Positions 1 through 8,883 of a DNA stretch of 64,000 nt are shown here, in pieces. The DNA is from Rubripirellula sp. (GTDB lineage Bacteria; Planctomycetota; Planctomycetia; Pirellulales; Pirellulaceae), in the NCBI GenBank assembly GCA_965216875.1, contig OZ244207.1:192001-256000 (forward strand). The letters run 5' to 3'. How positions within the stretch are numbered: position 1 is the first letter of the stretch; each line of letters opens with the position of its first letter. The notes beneath the pieces are model-generated. The model was not told the origin of the DNA. It worked only from the letters and a program-made list of their open reading frames with translations, and ran no database searches. Made by a program: the position numbers and the translations under genes.

Positions 1-1
1 A

Positions 2-2158
2 CGACCACAGCTTGATGGTGTTGTCCGTGCTGGCGGTGAGCAGGCGTTTGGAATCGCGAGAGAACTGAATCTGGTTGACTTGATCGCGATGTTGTTCGAG
101 CGAAACGAGACGTTTTCCCTCGTTGGCATTCCAGATCACAACTTTTCCATCTGTATCGCCGCTCGCGAGATACATTCCATCGGGTGACCAGGCCATCGCC
201 CAAACCGCAGCCTGTGCGTGTTCCCATCGTTCATGTTGAAGCGTTCCAGATTTGACCGACCAAATGCGGACCGATGAATCCCAACTGCCCGATGCGAGTC
301 GCGAGCCATCCGGCGAAAAAACAAGGTCGCCGATAAAACTCGAGTGGGCATTCGAAAGGATGCGAGGTTCGGCGTCGAGACGGTCGAGGATTGCAATCGA
401 GGTGTCGGCCGTGCGATGGGCGACGCTCTTGCCATCGGCTGAAAAGGCGATCACGCGTGCGCCCTTTAGCTTCCGTATGAGTTTGCCAGTGGAGGAATCC
501 CACAGCGCCGACTCGTTGTCGATGCTTGCACTGGCGAGTGTGGATCCATCGGGCGAGAAGACAAGTTTGAACGTCCGATACGGGTGTGCCTGCCATTTGC
601 GTATAGCTTTGCCGCTGCTGGCTTCGACCAACGTGATGCCGCCATCAAAATCGCCGACGGCAAGGGTTTGTTGGTCGGGAGAGAGTGCAATCGATTCGAG
701 AAGGTCGTTGTGCAAGATTGGTTCGATCGTGCCCTGTTTCCAAAGCCGCCATAGATAGAACCATTCAAAGCCTCGCAGGTCTTCGCCGTCGGCGTTTGGC
801 AAATGACGCTTGAGCAATTCGCCGCACCGTTCAATGTTCGCGTCCTCCCAATCTTGCATCGCGAGATTCATGTCCGAGGTGTAGAGCACACGTCGGCTTT
901 CGGCGCGCGCCTGTTCCGCTTCGCGAACAAGTGTCGTTTGACGCATGGCCACGAGCGGGCCGGCGATCGCGAGGCTCAATAACAACAGCGCAAACGCGGC
1001 CGCGATGGGCCGTCGACGTCCCCATCGCAATAGACGAATCGCACGCGATGGCATCCGCGCGTGAACAGGCTGGTCATCAAGGAACCGGCCCAAGTCATCC
1101 GCCAGTTCGGCCGCGGTTTCGTAACGCGCACCTGCACTCTTTTGCAGACACTTCAAGCAGATGGTTGAAAGGTCGATGGGTACAGCAGGGTTCAACTCTC
1201 GCGGCGCGATCGGATCCAGGTCCATGACCATTCGCAAGGTTTCAATCGGACTGGATGCTTGAAATGGCGGTCGACCCGTGAGCATTGCATACAGCGTTGC
1301 ACCGATCGAATAGACGTCGCTCGCAGCGTCGACGTGCGCGATGTCACCGACCGCCTGCTCGGGAGACATGTAGCTTGGCGTGCCGAGTGTTTGGCCCGAG
1401 CGAGTCAGGTCGCTGTCACTATCAACACGACGGGCGAGGCCAAAGTCGGTCACGCGCGCTTGGTCGTTCGAATCCAACAAGACGTTGCTGGGTTTGAGAT
1501 CGCGGTGCACGACGCCGTTTGTATGAGCGTATTGGATTGCATCAGCGATCTGCCTTGCTAACCTCGCCGCTTCACGTGGTCGCAATGGGTTGGACGCGAT
1601 GCGCGTTGCAAGACTTTCGCCTTCGACGTAACCCATCGTAAAGAAAGGTTGCCCGTGATACTGACCCACCTCAAAGACTGGCACGATGCCCGGGTGATCG
1701 AGTCGCGCGGCCGCTTCGGCTTCACCGCGAAACCGTTCTCGCGTGTCATGATCGGCCAACGGACCGTCAATCAACATCTTCAATGCCACGACACGATTGA
1801 GCTCGAGGTCGCCAGCGCGAAACACGACTCCCATGCCTCCACTGGCGATCGTTTCATCGATTCGGTAGTGCCCAATCTGTTTTGGCAACAGTCCAGCTTG
1901 CTGGAGCGTATTGAGGTCAGCAATGGGTTCATCGTCCACGGCATCGCTGGACGCACCTCGTTGACGCTGCCCCGTTTGGTGCAACAGCTCAAGCAAGTCG
2001 CGCGTCGCGCCCGAAAGTTCTCCATCGATCGAGGCGTCCTTTCGCAGTTGAAGACGTAATTCCTCGAGATCGGCTTCGATCGCAGAATCGACCGCGGGAC
2101 GCTCTTCGGAGCCCGGCGTTTGAGAGGTGGATTCGGAAAGCGGTTCGTTGTCAGACAT
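2..2158 (-). CDS. Ser/Thr protein kinase with TM helix and C-terminal WD40 repeats (3'-truncated by window edge)
   Basis: Not in the ORF track. Manual translation from ATG at 2158 gives MSDNEPL..., IASGGMGVVFRA...VALKML, VVHRDLKPSNVLL, VTDFGLAR, GTPSYMSPEQ, TM segment RRRPIAAAFALLLLSLAIAGPLV, then WD40 units (VFSPDGSRLASGSWDSSVRIW; HRDQVNQIQFSRDSKRLLTASTDNTIKLW). Confidence 0.93.
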   Translation of the reverse strand, partial: MSDNEPLSESTSQTPGSEERPAVDSAIEADLEELRLQLRKDASIDGELSGATRDLLELLHQTGQRQRGASSDAVDDEPIADLNTLQQAGLLPKQIGHYRIDETIASGGMGVVFRAGDLELNRVVALKMLIDGPLADHDTRERFRGEAEAAARLDHPGIVPVFEVGQYHGQPFFTMGYVEGESLATRIASNPLRPREAARLARQIADAIQYAHTNGVVHRDLKPSNVLLDSNDQARVTDFGLARRVDSDSDLTRSGQTLGTPSYMSPEQAVGDIAHVDAASDVYSIGATLYAMLTGRPPFQASSPIETLRMVMDLDPIAPRELNPAVPIDLSTICLKCLQKSAGARYETAAELADDLGRFLDDQPVHARMPSRAIRLLRWGRRRPIAAAFALLLLSLAIAGPLVAMRQTTLVREAEQARAESRRVLYTSDMNLAMQDWEDANIERCGELLKRHLPNADGEDLRGFEWFYLWRLWKQGTIEPILHNDLLESIALSPDQQTLAVGDFDGGITLVEASSGKAIRKWQAHPYRTFKLVFSPDGSTLASASIDNESALWDSSTGKLIRKLKGARVIAFSADGKSVAHRTADTSIAILDRLDAEPRILSNAHSSFIGDLVFSPDGSRLASGSWDSSVRIWSVKSGTLQHERWEHAQAAVWAMAWSPDGMYLASGDTDGKVVIWNANEGKRLVSLEQHRDQVNQIQFSRDSKRLLTASTDNTIKLWS

Positions 2159-2398
2159 TTCTGCGATCAGACTGATATGAAATTGTGTGCCAATTCCCTA
2201 GGTGCAGCTCGCACCGAATCCGGACATTCAATCCGCAAATCGTCGTGCCATCTCCGGTCGAACGTAGTGCTTTCGATGGATGACCGGGAAATCCCTGGAT
2301 GAGTAATCTTCCTAGGAAAGATGGTCGCGACGAGGTCTTAAGGCATAATGATAATGTGCGGTCCAACGTCCGCAGCGAAAGAATGTGGCAAGAAAACG

Positions 2399-3148
2399 AT
2401 GCCGACGCCTGAACCGTCACGACCGTCCCCTTCCTCTCCAGAGGCTCTTAAGCCTTCGGATGATGCGCGGTGCGCGCCCGATCGAGCTAGCCCAACGTTG
2501 GACCCGGCCGGTCAAGCGTTGGACCCGGCCAGTCAAGCGTCGGACCCGGCCGGTCAAACGACCGACTTTGAACAGTTGATCCGCGATGCAAAGGGCGGGT
2601 GCCGTGTGTCGATGGAACGGCTCATCCGCGACTGCCAACCCTATCTACTGGCAATCGCCAACGGTGAATTGGACAGGCAGGTTGCCCAGAAGATCGGCGC
2701 ATCCGATATCGTCCAAAACTCGATGTTGTCGGCACAGCGATGCATCGCCGATTTTAAAGGTGATAACCGAACGGAGTTGCTCGCTTGGTTACGCGGCATC
2801 CTGATCAAGGACCTGCAACAGACTCATCGCCACTATCATGCAGAAAAACGCCGCGTCGATCGTGAGCGTCCACTCAAAGATGACAACAGTGCGCCGGGAG
2901 GTCCAATGTTGGTCGACCAAGTGGAGTCCCCTTCCACTGCAGCAGTCCATCGCGAACAAGAGGAACAGTTGATTCGTGCGATGGCGGATCTAAGCGAGGA
3001 TGAGCGTCAAGTGATCGAGCTTCGAAACTGGCAACGCCTCTCGTTTCCGGAAATTGGCGAACACATCGGGCGTTCTTCAGAAGCGACTCGAAAACTATGG
3101 TCGCGTGCGATCGTGCGTTTGCAAAAAAAGATGAAGCAGCCCGAGTAA
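2399..3148 (+). CDS. ECF-type RNA polymerase sigma-70 factor (planctomycete type)
   Basis: ORF 2348..3148, ATG 2399 preferred. Region 2 (KIGASDIVQ...ELLAWLRGIL) and region 4 (LSEDERQVIELRNWQRLSFPEIGEHIGRSSEATRKLWSRAI). Confidence 0.9.
   Translation: MPTPEPSRPSPSSPEALKPSDDARCAPDRASPTLDPAGQALDPASQASDPAGQTTDFEQLIRDAKGGCRVSMERLIRDCQPYLLAIANGELDRQVAQKIGASDIVQNSMLSAQRCIADFKGDNRTELLAWLRGILIKDLQQTHRHYHAEKRRVDRERPLKDDNSAPGGPMLVDQVESPSTAAVHREQEEQLIRAMADLSEDERQVIELRNWQRLSFPEIGEHIGRSSEATRKLWSRAIVRLQKKMKQPE
2498..2560 (+). repeat. 3 x 21-bp in-frame tandem repeat in the sigma N-terminus
   Basis: ttggacccggccggtcaagcg / ttggacccggccagtcaagcg / tcggacccggccggtcaaacg, encoding LDPAGQA LDPASQA SDPAGQT. Confidence 0.9.
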
Positions 3149-3182
3149 GTCGAAGCGACCGAACGGGTCATCTAAAAACCGC

Positions 3183-3211
3183 GAACCGATTCTTCTGTTT
3201 CAGGGTCTCTA
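3183..3211 (+). promoter_or_regulatory. Candidate ECF-type promoter upstream of tRNA
   Basis: GAACC (3183-3187), 17 nt, GTCT (3205-3208), 13 nt before the tRNA 5' end. Resembles generic ECF promoter geometry. Confidence 0.35.
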
Positions 3212-3221
3212 TAAAAGACAA

Positions 3222-3292
3222 AACGCTGGAGCCAGATGGCCAGGCAACCGGTTGCAACCCGGTCGAAATGGGTTCGATTCCCATCGGCGTTT
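3222..3292 (+). tRNA. tRNA-Cys (GCA), atypical
   Basis: Acceptor aacgctg/cggcgtt, D arm gcc-agatggcca-ggc, anticodon arm accgg-ttGCAac-ccggt, T arm atggg-ttcgatt-cccat, discriminator U, no encoded CCA. Confidence 0.8.
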
Positions 3293-3307
3293 CTTGGCTG
3301 GTAATCG

Positions 3308-4678
3308 CTACGGGGTGGCCGTTTGCTCGAGTTCTGCAGCGACGGACAGGTAATAGTTCCTCGCGGTCGCCGTCACCATGTCCGCGGCGAGCTTCTTGAG
3401 TGCCCGCGCTTTGAGCGTCTTGGGTGTCGGCGAATCGGGCATCAGAGCAATCAAGTGATCGCAAAGCTGTGCACACCATTGCGCATCACCCGCTTCGAGA
3501 GCCTTCTCTGCTGCGGCAACGAGTTCTTTTTGACCGCCCGCCAGTGATGCCATTCGCTCGGCTTCTTCCCGACGCGGTAGGCGGAACAGGTTCGATGGAT
3601 TCCCGTCGAACCAGCCCATGTAAAAGTTAAAGACGCTGCGCACGCCCCACTGCGGGTTTCCATAGAACGGTTGTAGGTACTCTTCCGAAGCCAGATGCTC
3701 GGGGAGTTGGACGTATTCGACCAACTGGTCGGGCGTCATTCCTTGATTCATTCCCTCGACGGTTTTGTCGTGAATGAATTTCACGGCGTCACGGTAGTTG
3801 GTCAGGACATCGCGAACTTGTTGCTCGCCAATCACCGGCAACGTGTGGCCACCGATCAACGCAACGGGCTCGCGCGCTAGCATCGTATCAAGACTCTCTG
3901 CCCAAAGTTTGACACTTCGATTGGGAGTCCCACGAATGGCATAAAGGTTGGGGAACGAGCGATAAAAGTTGTCTCCCGCCATCAACACCCGTTGCTTTGG
4001 CAGCCAGACGGAAAGCTGGTCATTGGTTTCGCCCAGCGAGGTGGTTAGTTCAATCGTGATACCGGCAATGGTCACCTGCTCGGATTCGGAAACATGGTGA
4101 GTGGGACGCGTGTCTTGTTTTGACGCAAAGATGCTACCACCTCGTTGAGGGTAGCGGGCCGGCGCGATTCCATTGTTGATCCGCTGTTCGGGCGGGAGTC
4201 GGAAACCGGCTTGCCGTGCGCCACGAAGACGCTGAATAGTGATGCCGGCGTCGGTAAGGGGACGGTCTTCGGATCCAAAATTGGCGTGCGCCCAGATTTG
4301 GGGGCGTTCCTTGCCAAAGAATGCTGCGGCACCACGCGTGTGGTCGCCATGGCTGTGAGTGAAGATGATTGCCTTGACGGGAAGGTCTGTGATTTCTCGG
4401 AATCGCTTGACGATCTTCTCTGCCGATGAAAGCTGCATGCCCGTGTCGACGACGACAACTCCGTCATTGCCAACAATCATCGTTACATTCGAAACACTCG
4501 TTCCCACCGAGGTGTAAACGCCCTCGGCAACCTTCACGACCTGTTCGTCAAATTGTGAAGATTGCCTGGCAAGCCGCTCGGCCGAGTCGTTCGTCTGGCC
4601 AAACACGGAAGCCGAAAAGGATGCCAGCAAGAGTACGGAAAGTGTTAGCCTTGATCGGTAGAATCGTTGGTGGAACAT
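3308..4678 (-). CDS. Alkyl/aryl sulfatase (SdsA1-like metallo-beta-lactamase fold), secreted
   Basis: THSHGDH motif, GETNDQ, FPNLYAIRGT, dimerisation region MGWFDGNPSNL. Signal peptide follows ATG 4678. Confidence 0.88.
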   Translation of the reverse strand: MFHQRFYRSRLTLSVLLLASFSASVFGQTNDSAERLARQSSQFDEQVVKVAEGVYTSVGTSVSNVTMIVGNDGVVVVDTGMQLSSAEKIVKRFREITDLPVKAIIFTHSHGDHTRGAAAFFGKERPQIWAHANFGSEDRPLTDAGITIQRLRGARQAGFRLPPEQRINNGIAPARYPQRGGSIFASKQDTRPTHHVSESEQVTIAGITIELTTSLGETNDQLSVWLPKQRVLMAGDNFYRSFPNLYAIRGTPNRSVKLWAESLDTMLAREPVALIGGHTLPVIGEQQVRDVLTNYRDAVKFIHDKTVEGMNQGMTPDQLVEYVQLPEHLASEEYLQPFYGNPQWGVRSVFNFYMGWFDGNPSNLFRLPRREEAERMASLAGGQKELVAAAEKALEAGDAQWCAQLCDHLIALMPDSPTPKTLKARALKKLAADMVTATARNYYLSVAAELEQTATP

Positions 4679-4784
4679 TCTTGCGCTCAACTGTTGGCGA
4701 GTGATCATGCCGCGCCGAAAACAGCGGCGGATACCATCAGGATACAGCGTTGGGCAAGCAACCAAAGACGCTTATGGCAGAGGC

Positions 4785-5774
4785 TTAATTGTTCTCAACG
4801 ACGACTTTGCCCATCGCTTTGCGGCTTTCCAGCCGCGCATAGGCCTGACCGACCTCATCAAGTGAATACTGGTTCTCGTCCAGAACGGGTTTTAGACCTC
4901 CCGCGTCCACGATCTTGGCGAGTTCCTCAAGAATCTTCGCGTGGTCTTCGCGGCGGAAGTTGTGCAGCATGGGGATCAGCATGAAGACGACATGCAGCGA
5001 TAGCCCCTTAAAGTGAGCGAGCGTTAAATCGAGCTCGACCATTGCGACGGTCGAGGCGATCTGGCCATTAAGCGCAGCAGCTTCAAACGAGTTGGCCATG
5101 TTGGCGCCACCAACGGAGTCAAAAACCAAATCGAATCCAGCGCCACCTGTGTGTTTTTCGACGTAGTCTTGGACTGATTCCGTCTTGTAGTTGATGGGTG
5201 TGGCGCCGAGTTGCTCGATCAAGGCAAGTTGCTTGTCCCCGCCACCGGTGGCATAGACGTCAGCACCAAAGTGCTTGGCCAATTGCAAGGCGACGTGCCC
5301 GACGCCACCGGAACCACCATGGACGAGGACTTTCTGCCCCGCCTCGATGCCGGCGCGAACCAAGCCCTCGTAAGCTGTGATGGCAACCAAGGGCAGCGCC
5401 GCCGCTTCACGCATCGAAAGTGTTTTCGGTTTGGCGGCGACAAGATTCGCGTCGGCAACGATGAACTCTGCCAAGGTGCCGGGAAGATCAGCCAACCCTC
5501 CGGCGCAACCATAAACCTCATCACCGACCGCAAAAGCATCGACGCCATCACCAACGGCTTCGACCGTTCCTGCGAAGTCCATCCCCAATATCGCAGGCGT
5601 GTCAGGAGAGAGTTCAAGATCCTTTCCCATGCTGCGAATCATCGTGTCGACGGTGTTGACGCTTGAGGCTGCGATTCTCACCGAGACATGTCCGTCCTTC
5701 AGTGGCGGCTGCTGGACATCCGCACTCTCAAACGGTGCGTTTTCGCCGTAGCTGTTGATCACCATCGCCTTCAT
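4785..5774 (-). CDS. MDR-family NAD(P)-dependent oxidoreductase (quinone reductase-like)
   Basis: ILGMDFAGTV, VLVHGGSGGVGHVALQLAK, GKVVV C-terminus. Confidence 0.9.
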   Translation of the reverse strand: MKAMVINSYGENAPFESADVQQPPLKDGHVSVRIAASSVNTVDTMIRSMGKDLELSPDTPAILGMDFAGTVEAVGDGVDAFAVGDEVYGCAGGLADLPGTLAEFIVADANLVAAKPKTLSMREAAALPLVAITAYEGLVRAGIEAGQKVLVHGGSGGVGHVALQLAKHFGADVYATGGGDKQLALIEQLGATPINYKTESVQDYVEKHTGGAGFDLVFDSVGGANMANSFEAAALNGQIASTVAMVELDLTLAHFKGLSLHVVFMLIPMLHNFRREDHAKILEELAKIVDAGGLKPVLDENQYSLDEVGQAYARLESRKAMGKVVVENN

Positions 5775-5876
5775 CTTGATTCTCCAATCGTTGTTGTTCT
5801 GTAGCAACCTTCGCCAGAAGGTGGTCTGTGTTGTGGCAGTCCCGCTACCAATCGACGCTCTGACGAGCGCACTTGG

Positions 5877-6725
5877 TTATTCGATATCCTGGACACCCAT
5901 CACCAAATCGTTCCAGTTGCGTTGATTCTCCATGTCGCGTTGCATGCCTTTCTCGTCGGCGATCGTAAACCGCTTGATCGCTGGCGTGTGACTTGTCGCT
6001 TGATAGAGCCAGTAGGCTTCGGCTTTCAAGGCATCGTTGATCGGTTTGTCGATCGATTCGTAGACCGTTTGTTTGCAAGCCTGGATCGAACCGGCAGGGA
6101 ATTTGGCGATGCGATTGGCAAGTTCGTCAACATACGGACCAATTTCGTCGGGGTCGAGCGCCTTGTTGATGGTGCCGTACGCTTCAGCTTCGTCGGCATC
6201 AAAATCACGTGCACTCAAGATGATCTCCAATGCTCGCCCCAATCCAACTTGGCGAGCCATCCGCGATGCGCCGCCGCCACACGGCAGGATCCCCATGGCA
6301 ACTTCCATTTGCATGAATTTGTATTTGCCGCGTGCTGCAAATCGCATGTCGCAAGCAAGCGCGAATTCGTGACCACCGCCGCGTGCAAACCCTTCCAGCT
6401 TAGCGATCGTCGCTTGAGGCAACTTGCTCACTCGCTCAAGAACGGTCTGCAAATCGAGAAGTGTCGCTTCCTCGCGCGTGACAGCTTCGGTCGACATTTC
6501 TTTCAGCAGTTCGGTGTCGTAGTGGCAAACCCAAATCTCTGGATGAGCCGATTGAAACACGACCACCTTCACACTTCGATCACGTTCGAGCCTGAGGCAG
6601 AGCGTGTTCAGATCTGCGAGCATCTCCTGGCCTTGAAGGTTCACGGGCGGGTAATCGATCGTGACGGTCAAAACCCCGTCGATTTGTACCGCTCGAAACG
6701 TTGTGTATCCATCGTGCTTACCCAT
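5877..6725 (-). CDS. Enoyl-CoA hydratase/isomerase (crotonase) family protein
   Basis: IAKLEGFARGGGHEFALACDMRFA, QMEVAMGILPCGGG. ATG 6725 preferred. Confidence 0.88.
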   Translation of the reverse strand: MGKHDGYTTFRAVQIDGVLTVTIDYPPVNLQGQEMLADLNTLCLRLERDRSVKVVVFQSAHPEIWVCHYDTELLKEMSTEAVTREEATLLDLQTVLERVSKLPQATIAKLEGFARGGGHEFALACDMRFAARGKYKFMQMEVAMGILPCGGGASRMARQVGLGRALEIILSARDFDADEAEAYGTINKALDPDEIGPYVDELANRIAKFPAGSIQACKQTVYESIDKPINDALKAEAYWLYQATSHTPAIKRFTIADEKGMQRDMENQRNWNDLVMGVQDIE

Positions 6726-6835
6726 TTTCGCCCTCGCGTGCGGGTCTCGTTTGTTGTTCAACTGCAAGCTCGTGGGCATACTAGGCGTAGTCCCCCAAAA
6801 GACAAGAACGCACATTTCGGGCAGTTAGGCACAGA

Positions 6836-7204
6836 ATGGATACCAAGAACGAAACACGGCATTCCAGTTACGCATTGCCTGCGTGTCCGGTGGAAGCGAC
6901 GCTGGAATTGATCGGCGGGAAATGGAAGGGCATTGTCCTCTTCTATCTCCTTGATGGACGGCTGCGGTTCGGCCAGCTCAAGAATAAGATCGGCTGTGTG
7001 ACGCAGCGGATGCTCACCAAACAGCTTCGCGAACTGGAAGAATCGGGACTCATCAACCGCATCGTCTATGCCGAAGTGCCGCCGCGGGTGGAGTATGAAC
7101 TGACCGAAAAGGGTCAGTCCCTGAGGCCAATCCTGTTCGCTCTCAAAGAGTGGGGCGAAACACACGCTTTGGAATTGCTTGAAAACAGAGAGGCGGACAA
7201 GTGA
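6836..7204 (+). CDS. HxlR-family winged-helix transcriptional regulator
   Basis: [15 protein letters not shown]...[11 protein letters not shown]...[10 protein letters not shown]. Divergent from the crotonase/MDR/sulfatase genes. Confidence 0.93.
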   Translation: MDTKNETRHSSYALPACPVEATLELIGGKWKGIVLFYLLDGRLRFGQLKNKIGCVTQRMLTKQLRELEESGLINRIVYAEVPPRVEYELTEKGQSLRPILFALKEWGETHALELLENREADK

Positions 7205-8841
7205 ACGACATCATCGCTCGGTTTTTCGGAAATGCATTGCAACCATTCGTTTTGATGAGGTTTGTAACGACTCTGCTTGTGATCTGCTTCTGCACCTCTG
7301 TGACTTGGGCTGCTGAGAGAGCCGGCGCCGCTTGGTGGCAATTCCGCGGTCCGACCGGGGATGGTTGGTCGAACGTCTCGGAATTGCCCACGCAGTGGGA
7401 CGAAGAAAAGAACATCGCATGGAAAACGAAGGTTCATGATCGTGGTTGGTCATCGCCGGTCGTTTGGGATGACCAAATCTGGGTGACGACGGCGACCGAA
7501 GCGGGACACAAACTCTTTGCCGTTTGCATCGACAAGAACTCGGGAAAGATCGTCCACGACTTGCATCTGTTCGATGTCGAAGATCCGATGCGCATCACCA
7601 ACGAAAACACGTACGCGACACCGACGCCGGTAATCGAGAAGGGGCGGGTTTTTGTCCATTTTGGGACCTACGGGACGGCTTGCATCGACACCAACACGGG
7701 CGAAAAACTCTGGACGCGTCGAGACCTGAATTGCGATCATGAAGCCAACGCGGGGCCAGCGAGTTCACCAACAATCATCGATGGCAATCTCGTTGTGCAT
7801 GTCGATGGGCGCGACGTGCAGTACATCGTCGCGCTCGATCGCAAGACGGGCGACACCGTTTGGAAGACTCTCCGCTCCATCGACTTTGCCGATATTCCCG
7901 TACATCATCGCAAGGCGTTTTGCATGCCAACGGCGATTGGTCAAGGTGACGCGATGCAGATCGTCAGTCCGGGCGGGCGAGCGATCTATTCCTACGACCG
8001 TCGTGGCAACGAGATTTGGCGAGTGCAACATCGAGGATTCTCGGTTGCTCCGCGTCCCGTTTTTGGACATGGGCTCGTCTTCGCGACAATCGATCGTGAC
8101 GATCCGGAACTGTGGGCAATTCGAGTCGACGGGAAAGGGGACGTGACCGATTCGCATGTCGCATGGAAAGAGACACGAGGCATGCCGCAGCGATGTTCGC
8201 CGTTGTTGATTGACGACTTACTTTACCTGGTGAGCCGAGACGGGATTGCGACTTGCCTGGAAGCCAAGACGGGCGAGCTTGTGTGGAAAAAGCGACTTGA
8301 GGGACGGTATTCTGCTTCACCCCTCTATGCCCAGGGACTGATCTATCTGTTCAACGAAGAGGCAAAAGCGACGCTGATTCGGCCCGGTCGCAAGTTCGAA
8401 GTCGTGCATCAAAATGCGTTGGCGCCCAATCAATTGCGCGCGACGCCCGCGATTGTCGACAACGCCTTGATCGTCCGAACCGAGAACTTTCTGTACCGAA
8501 TCGAAGCGGGTGCAAAACGAATCGCTCCCGAACCAATGGTGGACGTCGAGGTTGCAACCAACCCCTTTGTGGGACGCTGGGACATTGGAAGATCTTCTCC
8601 CGAGGCAAAGCCTGCCTTCGTCATGACGTTGAACGCCGACTTCACCGCTCGAAAGAGTCACGTCCCTTCGGCAACGGGGACGTGGAAGCTCGTCGACGGC
8701 GAAGCGCGGGTGGTTTGGAGCGATGGTTGGCGAGACGTCATTCGAGAGCAAGGCGACGGTTACAGAAAAATCGCGTTTGGGCCTGGCCGAGACTTTGACG
8801 ATTCACCGAGCAATCAGGATAACGCTCAACGAGCGAAGTAA
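7201..8841 (+). CDS. PQQ-like/BamB-type beta-propeller protein with extra C-terminal domain
   Basis: [35 protein letters not shown] repeats. Confidence 0.85.
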   Translation: MNDIIARFFGNALQPFVLMRFVTTLLVICFCTSVTWAAERAGAAWWQFRGPTGDGWSNVSELPTQWDEEKNIAWKTKVHDRGWSSPVVWDDQIWVTTATEAGHKLFAVCIDKNSGKIVHDLHLFDVEDPMRITNENTYATPTPVIEKGRVFVHFGTYGTACIDTNTGEKLWTRRDLNCDHEANAGPASSPTIIDGNLVVHVDGRDVQYIVALDRKTGDTVWKTLRSIDFADIPVHHRKAFCMPTAIGQGDAMQIVSPGGRAIYSYDRRGNEIWRVQHRGFSVAPRPVFGHGLVFATIDRDDPELWAIRVDGKGDVTDSHVAWKETRGMPQRCSPLLIDDLLYLVSRDGIATCLEAKTGELVWKKRLEGRYSASPLYAQGLIYLFNEEAKATLIRPGRKFEVVHQNALAPNQLRATPAIVDNALIVRTENFLYRIEAGAKRIAPEPMVDVEVATNPFVGRWDIGRSSPEAKPAFVMTLNADFTARKSHVPSATGTWKLVDGEARVVWSDGWRDVIREQGDGYRKIAFGPGRDFDDSPSNQDNAQRAK

Positions 8842-8883
8842 TCAGACTTGCGATGTAGGTCGAATCGGTGATGCGGCGTCTGT

